Virus record (IMG/VR): IMGVR_UViG_3300012940_000009 | Location: 1-47,688 of that record | DNA length: 47,688 bases | Direction: 5' to 3' (one strand) | Source of the DNA: a virus | Taxonomy: Duplodnaviria; Caudoviricetes | Translations under genes and position numbers: made by a program | The notes under the pieces: model-generated | The model's database searches: none | Seen by the model: only the letters and a program-made list of their open reading frames with translations | Told to the model about the DNA's origin: nothing | In this document: in pieces, positions 8,614 through 16,670 of the stretch | Position numbering within the stretch: the stretch's first letter is position 1 | Layout of the letters: the number at the start of each line of letters is the position of its first letter

Positions 8614-8755
8614 GGGCTTCGTCTTCCGGCCAGATAACCAGCGGGTCGAACACGGACATAGCGGTTGTCGGGCACCACGACATGGTTCTGGCTAGCTCGC
8701 CCCAAGTCCCGGCCTTGGCCATCTGGGCGTAGTTTTCGAACGAAAGAATGAGCAT
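8600..8755 (-). CDS. 51-aa antisense protein (candidate immunity/moron; MLILSFENYAQMAKAGTWGELARTMSWCPTTAMSVFDPLVIWPEDEALIWC)
   Basis: GGAGG RBS 5 nt before ATG 8755; putative TTGCGT-N17-GATTCT promoter; fills the otherwise empty gap 8613-8832. Confidence 0.6.
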   Translation of the reverse strand: MLILSFENYAQMAKAGTWGELARTMSWCPTTAMSVFDPLVIWPEDEALIWC

Positions 8756-8831
8756 TTCCGCCTCCGTTGAGGCGATCAGAATCCCACACCGGGAGTCTGC
8801 ACGCAAGTAGCAACCCAAGGAAATCTGAGCA

Positions 8832-9749
8832 ATGACAGAGCAGGCTTTAAGCGAAGCCGCTGAGGGCTCTCCTGCGCCTGAAGCGGAAGCGGCGGACGCC
8901 GAACAGGACGTAACGCTTGATGAAGGCGGTACTGACGCGGGCGGTTCCTCCGAACAGGACGAAGAGTCCGCACTAGAGGCAGAAGCCCGTGAGATGGGCT
9001 GGGTGCCGGAATCGGAATGGAAGGGCGACAAGAAGCCCCGCAAGTTCGTTTCCGCCAAGGAATTCATCGAACGCGGCGAAACCATCCTCCCGATCGCGCT
9101 GAAGCGTGCGCGTGAGGCTGAAGCCAAGCTTGATGCCCTGAAGAAGGAAACAGAAGACCGCTTCGCCAAGATGGAGCGGATGAACGAGATCGCGCGCAAG
9201 AAAGAGCGCGACAAGATCATCGCATCATACGAGGCCCGCATGGAGCAGGCCGTCGAGATGGGCGATACGGCCGCCTTCAAGGCCGCGAAGAAAGAGCAGA
9301 AGGAAGCTCTGGAAGAGTTCGAAGAGACTGTTGCCGAGCCCGAAAAGACGCAGGACGGGGCTCTGAAGCCCGCGGATCTCGCGGCTCTGATCGAATGGAA
9401 GGGTGAGAACACCTGGTTCCAGAAGGACAAGAAGCTGACGATCCTGATGGACGCGGAATTCGCGGAAGTTTCGGATGAAATGCCGGGCGCGACATTCGCA
9501 CAGAAGCTCGCTGAAGCCCGCAATCGCGTGGCGGCTGTCTATCCCGAGAAGTTTGGCGAGAAGGCTCCCAGTAAGCGCGCTGGCGCTGTTGAGAGCGGTT
9601 CCCGAATGGCCGGTGGCGGCGGGAAGAGTCGGTTGGCGGACAAGCTGCCCGACGAGGCCAAGAAGGCCGCCGACAAGTACATCTCGGAGGGCCTGTTCAA
9701 GGACCGCGAGGAATACGCCAAATCCTATTTCGAGAATGAGGAAGCCTGA
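8832..9749 (+). CDS. Capsid scaffolding protein
   Basis: Acidic N-terminus, AREMGWVPESEWKG motif, long coiled coil; located before the capsid genes. Confidence 0.75.
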   Translation: MTEQALSEAAEGSPAPEAEAADAEQDVTLDEGGTDAGGSSEQDEESALEAEAREMGWVPESEWKGDKKPRKFVSAKEFIERGETILPIALKRAREAEAKLDALKKETEDRFAKMERMNEIARKKERDKIIASYEARMEQAVEMGDTAAFKAAKKEQKEALEEFEETVAEPEKTQDGALKPADLAALIEWKGENTWFQKDKKLTILMDAEFAEVSDEMPGATFAQKLAEARNRVAAVYPEKFGEKAPSKRAGAVESGSRMAGGGGKSRLADKLPDEAKKAADKYISEGLFKDREEYAKSYFENEEA

Positions 9750-9751
9750 AC

Positions 9752-10252
9752 ATGAGCGAGCAATTCAACCCCGCCGGTAACGGCAAGAAGACCCTTTCGC
9801 TTCCCTCCGAGACTCCGCAGGCGCAGCCCGCCCGCGTTGAAGCCGAGAAGAAGCAGCGCCGCAGACGCTCCGACACGAGCGAACTGCGCAATCTGAAATT
9901 ACACGTCCCGAAGGATTATCTTGATCCCAAGTTCTCCTATCGGTTCGTGAACGATTCCCCCGGCCGCATACAGCAGATGACGCAGTATGACGACTGGGAG
10001 ATCGTCCAGCAGTCGGATGAGAACGTGCCCACAAGGCGGCATGCCGGCAAGGACGGATCGGGGCAGGCCCGCACGGCCATTCTGCTCCGCAAGCCCAAGG
10101 AATTCTTCGAGGAAGACAAAGCCCGCAAGAAGGCCGCAATCGACGAGCGCGAAGAAGGTTTGCGCCGTGGTGTTACCGGAGATCCGGGCGGACTGAGCGG
10201 GCCGAATGCGTACGTGCCCGGCGGATCGAACACGATCACGCGAGGGCGCTAA
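9752..10252 (+). CDS. Conserved head-cluster hypothetical protein
   Basis: YRFVNDSPGRI...ILLRKPKE pattern; sits between scaffold and capsid genes; typical codon usage. Confidence 0.7.
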   Translation: MSEQFNPAGNGKKTLSLPSETPQAQPARVEAEKKQRRRRSDTSELRNLKLHVPKDYLDPKFSYRFVNDSPGRIQQMTQYDDWEIVQQSDENVPTRRHAGKDGSGQARTAILLRKPKEFFEEDKARKKAAIDEREEGLRRGVTGDPGGLSGPNAYVPGGSNTITRGR

Positions 10253-10279
10253 CCCTCACTCTAAAATCTGGAGGCCATC

Positions 10280-10936
10280 ATGGCCAACGTTGACTCGCCG
10301 TTCGGGCTCAAGCCCGTGCGGCATAAGAGCGGCGCACCCTATAACGGGGCCTATAATTGCTATTACGTCAAAGGCGATTACGGCACGGCCCTGTTCATCG
10401 GTGACCCCGTTGTGAAAGTGGCGGCTGGTTCCAACACCGCCGTCATGAAAGACCCCGGTGCTGGCGAGTTTGCCATCGGCACCCTCCCGCAGGTCGAAAA
10501 GACTGTCGTGGGCGATGTGGACGGCATCACCAAGATGATCACGGGTGTGATCGTCGGCTTTGCCCCCGATCCCGACAACCTGACCCTGAAGCACAATCCG
10601 GCCAGCAACGAACGTATTGCTTACGTTTGCGATGATCCGGACGTGATCTTCGAGATCCAGGCTGACGGCGCCGTTCCGGCGGCTTCGATGGGCCTGAACG
10701 CGGTTCTGATTGCCACGCATTCCGGCAGCACGACCACGGGCCTGTCCGGCATTGAGCTGGACACCACGTCCGACGCCCCGGCGGCGGATGCCTCGAACCA
10801 GCTTCTGATCCTTCGTGCTGCGAACCGTGCCGATAACGACACGACCCTCCCGCACGCCAAGGTCGAAGTTCTCATCAACTGCCACACGCAGGCTCCGGGC
10901 TCGACCGCTGCCGGCGACGGCACTCTCGGCGTCTAA
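10280..10936 (+). CDS. Capsid-associated/decoration protein
   Basis: MANVDSPFGLKPV...VCDDPDVIFEIQAD pattern of genes preceding gpT-like capsids; GGAGG RBS. Confidence 0.7.
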   Translation: MANVDSPFGLKPVRHKSGAPYNGAYNCYYVKGDYGTALFIGDPVVKVAAGSNTAVMKDPGAGEFAIGTLPQVEKTVVGDVDGITKMITGVIVGFAPDPDNLTLKHNPASNERIAYVCDDPDVIFEIQADGAVPAASMGLNAVLIATHSGSTTTGLSGIELDTTSDAPAADASNQLLILRAANRADNDTTLPHAKVEVLINCHTQAPGSTAAGDGTLGV

Positions 10937-10949
10937 GGAGGATTGACCG

Positions 10950-11861
10950 ATGGCTATTATATCCACTGGCAATCATCCTAAGGCCCTTTGGCCTGGCGTT
11001 GCCGCATGGTGGGGGCTCTCCTACAAGAAGCACCCGATGGAATGGTCCCAGATCTTCGACGAGAAGACCTCGGACAAGGCGTATGAGGAAGATGTCGAGG
11101 CCACCGGCTTCGGTCTTGCTCCGGTGAAGGCGGAAGGTTCCGCCGTCTCCTACACTTCGCACACGCAGGGCGCGACGACCCGCTACACCAACGTAGCGTA
11201 TGCGCTCGGCTTCATCGTGACGAAGGAAGAGATGGACGATAATCAGTACGAGAAGCTCGCCAAGAGCCGTACTGAGAGCCTCGCCTTCTCGATGCGCACC
11301 ACGAAGGAGATCGTTCACGCGAACATCTTCAATCGTGCGTTCACCGCGGCTTATGCCGGCGGCGACGGCCAGGAGATGGTTTCTGCCGCTCACCCCGTCA
11401 TCGGCGGCACGCAGTCGAACTATCTCGCCACTCCTGCCGATCTGTCGGAAGCGTCTCTTGAAGACCTTCTGATCATGATCAACACGGCGAAGAACTCGAC
11501 CGGCCTTCAGATCGCTCTGACGGGCCAGAAGCTCATTGTCCCGCCGCAGTTGGCGTTTGAAGCGGAGCGTATTGTCGCTTCGACTCTGCGTCCGGCCACG
11601 GCTGACAATGACGTGAACGCGCTGAAGTCGATGGGCATGCTTCCGGGCGGCGTAGTGGTCAACCACTACCTGACCGACCCTGACGCGTGGTTTGTCAAGA
11701 CGGACGCTCCGAATGGCCTGACGCACTACAAGCGCAAGGCGATCGAGTTCACGAAGGACAACGACTTCGACACCGAGAACGCGAAGGCGAAAGCCTATGA
11801 GCGTTACAGCGCCGGCTGGACTGACTGGCGTTCGGTGTACGGCTCGGAAGGCGCTGCCTAA
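10950..11861 (+). CDS. Major capsid protein (Mu gpT-like family)
   Basis: SDKAYEED, GFGLAPVKAEG, YALGFIVTKEEMDDN, VVNHYLTDPDAWF, ERYSAGWTDWR; strong AAGGAGG RBS and biased codons. Confidence 0.9.
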   Translation: MAIISTGNHPKALWPGVAAWWGLSYKKHPMEWSQIFDEKTSDKAYEEDVEATGFGLAPVKAEGSAVSYTSHTQGATTRYTNVAYALGFIVTKEEMDDNQYEKLAKSRTESLAFSMRTTKEIVHANIFNRAFTAAYAGGDGQEMVSAAHPVIGGTQSNYLATPADLSEASLEDLLIMINTAKNSTGLQIALTGQKLIVPPQLAFEAERIVASTLRPATADNDVNALKSMGMLPGGVVVNHYLTDPDAWFVKTDAPNGLTHYKRKAIEFTKDNDFDTENAKAKAYERYSAGWTDWRSVYGSEGAA

Positions 11862-11874
11862 GAGCCTAACTCAT

Positions 11875-11904
11875 GACGGCGGGGGTTCGCTCCCGTCGTC
11901 TTTT
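11875..11904 (+). terminator. Rho-independent terminator after the capsid gene
   Basis: GACGGCGGGGG-TTCG-CTCCCGTCGTC followed by TTTT. Confidence 0.8.
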
Positions 11905-11908
11905 CTCT

Positions 11909-11985
11909 CCTGAACATTCCCAGCCCGGCAGACCGATCAGGCGGACGTTGCACAGACGGCCGGGCGATCCCTTGTGCAAGAAGGA
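11909..11985 (+). ncRNA. Mu-gpT-DE-like structured RNA element
   Basis: Downstream of a gpT-like capsid gene. AGACCGATCAGGCGGAC...AGAC core; pairings 11923-11929/11959-11965, 11909-11913/11937-11941, and crossing 11948-11954/11973-11979 next to the RBS. Family assignment is from memory. Confidence 0.65.
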
Positions 11986-11994
11986 CCGATATTC

Positions 11995-12483
11995 ATGGCA
12001 CGGACCACATTCAACGGACCCGTCAAATCCGAAAACGGCTTTGAGCTGGGCGATACCGCTCTCGCTTCCAATTACGTCGTTGTTCCCGATGCGGCGACTT
12101 ACACGCTGCTCGCTGCGAACACCGGCAAGGTTCACATCATGCCGAACCTCACGGCGGATTGCACCATCACGATGCCCGCCGAGAAGGCTGGCCTGTCCTT
12201 CGAATTCATCTATGGCGGCGTTGCCGCGGATGCGCAGGACTGGATCTTCGATACGGGCTCGAACACCAACTACTATCTTGGCGGCCTCGTTCATCTTGAC
12301 ACCGACGCGAACTCGGCCGGCGATGAAGCTGTTCCGGTTTATCCGGACGGCAACTCGAACTCGAAGCTGACCGTCAACGTCCCGGAAGCGGGCACGTCGG
12401 TCAAGTTCATCTGCAACGGTACGCTTTGGTACGTCAACGGTCAGGCCGTTGCGGCCACGGCCCCGGCGTTCGCCGATCAGTAA
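11995..12483 (+). CDS. Virion protein (head fibre/decoration-like)
   Basis: MARTTFNGPVKSENGF N-terminus typical of post-capsid genes in this phage type; beta-rich. Confidence 0.7.
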   Translation: MARTTFNGPVKSENGFELGDTALASNYVVVPDAATYTLLAANTGKVHIMPNLTADCTITMPAEKAGLSFEFIYGGVAADAQDWIFDTGSNTNYYLGGLVHLDTDANSAGDEAVPVYPDGNSNSKLTVNVPEAGTSVKFICNGTLWYVNGQAVAATAPAFADQ

Positions 12484-12589
12484 CCCCGAGTTCAGGCCCG
12501 GATCGCAGGCGTCCACGTCCGCTCTCCCTCTGCGTGGGTAGTCCTCCGCTGGTTCGGGCTTGATGCTTCCCTAATCGCTGGAGCCATAC

Positions 12590-12982
12590 ATGGCCAACAC
12601 CATCACAAAGACGACGCTTCTTGATGGAGCGCGCAATCTCGTCCAGCTCATCAACATTGTTGGCGATGGGTCGGGCGAGGAAGCGAACACGGTTCTCGTG
12701 GACCGCTCGGCGTTCGCGCCGACAGACGGAACATCGCTGTCTGTCGATCGCATCCACGGGCTTCTGAGTGGCTTTACCGCCACGCTGAGCTTCGATGCGA
12801 CGGCTGACCTGATCTTCTGCCGGCTCCCGGATGGCGATCTGATCGATCATGACTGGACATGCTTCGGCGGAGTGTCCTCGGGGAAAGCAGGCGCTGGCGC
12901 TAACGGAGATATCCTGATCTCCACATCGAGCCTTGGCAGCGGCGACTCCGCGACGTTCATCCTTGAGATGCGCAAGTCCTGA
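12590..12982 (+). CDS. Hypothetical virion protein
   Basis: GGAG RBS; beta-rich 130 aa; stop coupled to the next gene. Confidence 0.7.
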   Translation: MANTITKTTLLDGARNLVQLINIVGDGSGEEANTVLVDRSAFAPTDGTSLSVDRIHGLLSGFTATLSFDATADLIFCRLPDGDLIDHDWTCFGGVSSGKAGAGANGDILISTSSLGSGDSATFILEMRKS

Positions 12983-13233
12983 TGCCGTGGTATGATCCTC
13001 GGGATAAGTACAAGCCCGGCGCATATTACCAGATTGATGACCGGACCGGAAAGAAGGTCCACTCGACCGACACGCATCGGGAATGGACCGGCCTTCAGGT
13101 CGAAGACCCCGATCCGCGTCATCCTCAGGAATTTGTCAGGGGCAAGCGGGACTATCAGGCCCCGCCGAATCCATCTCCTGAAAACACCGATACCTTCATC
13201 TCCATTGGCGATGTGACGCCAGACGATCTGTGA
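12982..13233 (+). CDS. Small virion protein with an EW.GL...RHPQ domain (copy 1)
   Basis: TGATG coupling; paralogous to the C-terminus of 16671-17348. Confidence 0.7.
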   Translation: MPWYDPRDKYKPGAYYQIDDRTGKKVHSTDTHREWTGLQVEDPDPRHPQEFVRGKRDYQAPPNPSPENTDTFISIGDVTPDDL

Positions 13234-13239
13234 GGCCAC

Positions 13240-13653
13240 ATGGCTAACGCTCTATTCCCAAAATGGAAAGAGGCTCTGATTGGCGCGGCAGCCAACAGCG
13301 ATCTGACTGGGTCGGGCACTACCGGACTTTACTGCGCGCTGATCGATACGGGCGTTTATACGTACAACGCCGCGCATGAGTTCTATTCCGACCTCTCCGG
13401 GATCGTGGATGATGATGTCGAGATCGAGAATGTCACCTATACGAACGGCACGGTTGACGGCGACAACATCACGTTCACGGCCGTCACGGGGAACACCGTG
13501 GAGGCGCTCGTGCTGTACCGTAAGAATGCAGGCGCCAACACCACATGGCGGTTGGTTGCCTATATTGACACGTCTGTAACCGGCCTGCCTGTCACACCCA
13601 ATGGCGGCTCAATTTCGATCTCCTGGAACGCTAGCGGGATATTCACGCTCTAA
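13240..13653 (+). CDS. Fibre-module structural protein
   Basis: MANALFPKWKEAL...LVAYID..TGLPVTPNGG.I.I.W..SGIFTL pattern; coupled to the tailspike gene. Confidence 0.65.
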   Translation: MANALFPKWKEALIGAAANSDLTGSGTTGLYCALIDTGVYTYNAAHEFYSDLSGIVDDDVEIENVTYTNGTVDGDNITFTAVTGNTVEALVLYRKNAGANTTWRLVAYIDTSVTGLPVTPNGGSISISWNASGIFTL

Positions 13654-15584
13654 TGGCGGCTCTCCTCAACCGCGCCCGCATGACGACAGCGACGACGGGA
13701 ACGGGAACGGTCACGCTTGGTTCTGCGGTTACGGGATATGCTTCGTTCGCAGAAGCAGGCGCCGTCAACGCCACGGTCTATTCCTACTGCATCGAAGACG
13801 GCGATGATTTTGAGATCGGGGTAGGGACGTATACCAGTTCTGGAACGACCTTCTCGCGCGATACGGTCACGCTGTCGAAGATTTCTGGAACATCGGGAAC
13901 ATCGAAGATCAACCTGTCGGGAACGGCAGAGATATTCATTACGGCCCGTGAAGAAGATTTGCGTGTCATTAGTGTCGCCACCACTATTAGTGTGCCGACC
14001 GACTATTCCACGCTAAACGCGGCCTTCACGTACCTCGACACCTATCGTCTTACGGCGAAGGTGACTATTCAAATAGAAGCCGGGACACAAGCCCATACCG
14101 CCTTGGTGGAGGTCAGGCACCCAGATGCCAAAAACATCGAAATTATCGGTGTGTCCTCTGATGTCACGGTTTCTAGCGTTGGTTCTGCGACCGGCTCTGC
14201 ATGGGCATGGGATGTTCCCTTTACCCTCGCTGACGCAACCGGCGTTTCTGTCGGCCATTTTCTGCGCATTGCGGCTCTGACGGTCACGACAGACGACGAT
14301 GGCCCGAACATCGAAGGAACATGGGAAATTACCGATGTTACGGGCAGTGTGGCGACAGTCCGCATTCCGAGCGGGTCATCGTCATTCCCGGCCATTTCGG
14401 ACACAAACTTTGCGGCAAAGGTTCTGAAGTCGATCCTTACCTGGGATAGTACGGCCACGAGCGGTGTGTTGATATGCGGGACGGTTCTTGGAAAATCTGA
14501 GCTGGTGGTTTTCGATGGTGGATATGATGTCTCGACTGGAGAGGGGTCTGACAGTGGTGGAGCGGGCGTTGCCGCAACTGGATGGAACCACCCGGTTCTG
14601 GGCGACAGCGACGACTATGAATCATCTCATGGTGGCGGCACATTCTATGAATGTGCGTTTGTCAGGTGGCAATACAACGGAATCGTAGCTCATGGGGCTG
14701 CGCAGATCGATGCCTCAACGTCCCACGCCTGCTCAAACGGCTGGAGAGGGATGCAGTCCGGCGGCGCAGCTTCCTCTGTCTACGCGAAAAGCTCGGTTGC
14801 TTCCTGCAACCGAAAGAGCGGTCATGAATTTGAGGCGAGCGGCGCGCTCAATATTAACAATTCAATTGCGTGCGGGAACGGAGAAGGTGGCGTGTCCGGC
14901 ATTGGTGGCGGCGATGCAGTCGGCACTGGGATGCGCATTTCCCGCAACACCGGCCCCGGCATTGATCTGCGTTATGGCTCGCAGGGAACCTTCAACTCCA
15001 GCGTCATCCGCGATAACACGACTTATGCGGTGTACGCGCGCGGGGCGACTAGCTACGCACGCATAGACAGCATTACGACAAGCGGTAATTCTACGGCCGC
15101 GCTAAGGGCGGAGGACGGCGCCGTAATTCACGCAGCCACCTCTGCCCCGACTGTTGGCGAGGCGACAGCCTACAGCACTCTTTCTACGCGCCCAGGTATT
15201 TTCATCATATCTGGTGTCAACGGCGTCATCACGAATGGTCTATTTTGCAACTCTGTTCTCGGTTCCAACGCGGGTTGGCAGCTATCGTCAACCTCGGCTG
15301 GCGAGATGGTGTTTGCGACGAGACCAGACGGGTCGTCCAGTACCACTAACAGACTTATCATCGGGAACACTGACACGCGGCCCAACACAGACGTTACGCA
15401 CGCGCTAGGCCGAAGCACTTCGCGCTTCAATGGCGTGTGGACTAACGGCCTTCTGCTTGTGGACGGCGTTACCGCCCCATCAACTGTCTCTGGCCATGCG
15501 CAGATTTACGTTGACACGGCTGACGGTGATCTAAAGGTGAAATTCGGAGACGGGACGGTCAAGACCATCGTCGTGGACACCTGA
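13653..15584 (+). CDS. Tailspike/fibre with a right-handed beta-helix (putative polysaccharide depolymerase)
   Basis: N-terminal anchor TTATTGTGTVTLG...EIGVGTYTSSGTTFSRDTV; repeated (A/S)C.NG..G / I..N...G(I/V) coils of the pectin-lyase type; more AT-rich codons in the body. Confidence 0.75.
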   Translation: MAALLNRARMTTATTGTGTVTLGSAVTGYASFAEAGAVNATVYSYCIEDGDDFEIGVGTYTSSGTTFSRDTVTLSKISGTSGTSKINLSGTAEIFITAREEDLRVISVATTISVPTDYSTLNAAFTYLDTYRLTAKVTIQIEAGTQAHTALVEVRHPDAKNIEIIGVSSDVTVSSVGSATGSAWAWDVPFTLADATGVSVGHFLRIAALTVTTDDDGPNIEGTWEITDVTGSVATVRIPSGSSSFPAISDTNFAAKVLKSILTWDSTATSGVLICGTVLGKSELVVFDGGYDVSTGEGSDSGGAGVAATGWNHPVLGDSDDYESSHGGGTFYECAFVRWQYNGIVAHGAAQIDASTSHACSNGWRGMQSGGAASSVYAKSSVASCNRKSGHEFEASGALNINNSIACGNGEGGVSGIGGGDAVGTGMRISRNTGPGIDLRYGSQGTFNSSVIRDNTTYAVYARGATSYARIDSITTSGNSTAALRAEDGAVIHAATSAPTVGEATAYSTLSTRPGIFIISGVNGVITNGLFCNSVLGSNAGWQLSSTSAGEMVFATRPDGSSSTTNRLIIGNTDTRPNTDVTHALGRSTSRFNGVWTNGLLLVDGVTAPSTVSGHAQIYVDTADGDLKVKFGDGTVKTIVVDT

Positions 15585-16598
15585 TCCCTTCGGCCAGCCG
15601 TGAGCCTTGCGGTCGAACCCCAGAAAATAAGCGATAACCTTCTCGGCAATTGCCGGCCAACTGTTCCGGATGGCCATTTCTCGCGATGCGTTGACATCAA
15701 TGGACTTCAAAACGGCATCCCAAGGGATAGCGTTTTCATATTCGATGTGACGCACCGTTGAGATGCGGTCTTTCGGAATGTAGCCCGTTGGCGAAACAAC
15801 AAGGGCGCCAGCAGTTGCCGCTTCGATCACGCTCAATCCGACGCTCTCGCGGTGCGTAGGCAGGAAAATGTGAGCGCGAGAATATTCTTCGCAGGCGCGC
15901 GGGTAGGGGACGCCTTGGCGGTTGTATGGGCGAACCGAAAAATTCTCTGGGTCGATGTCGATAATGTCGCTGTCTACGAATTGGCGAATCCGCACATCGG
16001 TAAATCGCGAGCGCCATTTGCCGCTCCTGACGAGTTCGCGAACATTCAGCAAAACATGAAGGGTTAGATCAGCAGAATTTGCGACGAATGTCGGGTGATC
16101 GACCAATATTGTAAGGGTTCTTTCATCCTGCATGGGGCGGCATAGTTCTGGGTCGGCCGCCCAGCCAAGGTGATGAGCGAACCTCTGGTGACGCTCATGC
16201 CGATCATTTGGGCTCCCGAGCGGGTGATAGTGCCCGTCGTCGCGAACGGTGAAAGTGCAGTCCGCTGGCGTGCCGTCCAAAAGAGATCCGTCGTGAAGCT
16301 GGGCGAGGCACCCGTCGCCGAGCCTGGACCTTAGCGTGATGCCCGCTTCTGGCGGAAGAGTGGAAAAATAGCGAAGGCCCAGCGCGAGAACATGGTTTAC
16401 GCCGTCCAACGGCAGGGAACGATAGTGTTCAATGATTTCGGCAGGACCGATTTTGTTCGGGCGAAGCAACGGCGACCTGACGATCTCGACGCCACACCGC
16501 TGAAGCTCTCGCGGCAAATAGAAGGCCCATACGCCGCTGAACGACAGAATATCCCTCGGATTTTGAGGAAACCGGTCAGAGATCAGCATTACGCGCAT
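15531..16598 (-). CDS. Glycosyltransferase, GT-B fold / GT4-like (antisense moron)
   Basis: EEYSRAHIFLPTHRESVGLSVIEAATAGALVVSP matches the E-x7-E GT4 signature; MRVMLISD Rossmann-type start; C-terminal SWPAIAEK. Confidence 0.85.
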   Translation of the reverse strand: MRVMLISDRFPQNPRDILSFSGVWAFYLPRELQRCGVEIVRSPLLRPNKIGPAEIIEHYRSLPLDGVNHVLALGLRYFSTLPPEAGITLRSRLGDGCLAQLHDGSLLDGTPADCTFTVRDDGHYHPLGSPNDRHERHQRFAHHLGWAADPELCRPMQDERTLTILVDHPTFVANSADLTLHVLLNVRELVRSGKWRSRFTDVRIRQFVDSDIIDIDPENFSVRPYNRQGVPYPRACEEYSRAHIFLPTHRESVGLSVIEAATAGALVVSPTGYIPKDRISTVRHIEYENAIPWDAVLKSIDVNASREMAIRNSWPAIAEKVIAYFLGFDRKAHGWPKGSGVHDDGLDRPVSEFHL

Positions 16599-16635
16599 GG
16601 CACGGACGCTACCCGCCCTCTGAATCTCCCGTCAA
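16599..16635 (-). promoter_or_regulatory. Putative sigma70 promoter giving a leaderless glycosyltransferase mRNA
   Basis: Minus strand TTGACG-N18-TAGCGT-N7-ATG; no Shine-Dalgarno; GANTC site at 16622-16626 in the spacer. Confidence 0.55.
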
Positions 16636-16670
16636 GAGCGGGGCCAAAACACCTGCCGGGAGAGTAGAAA

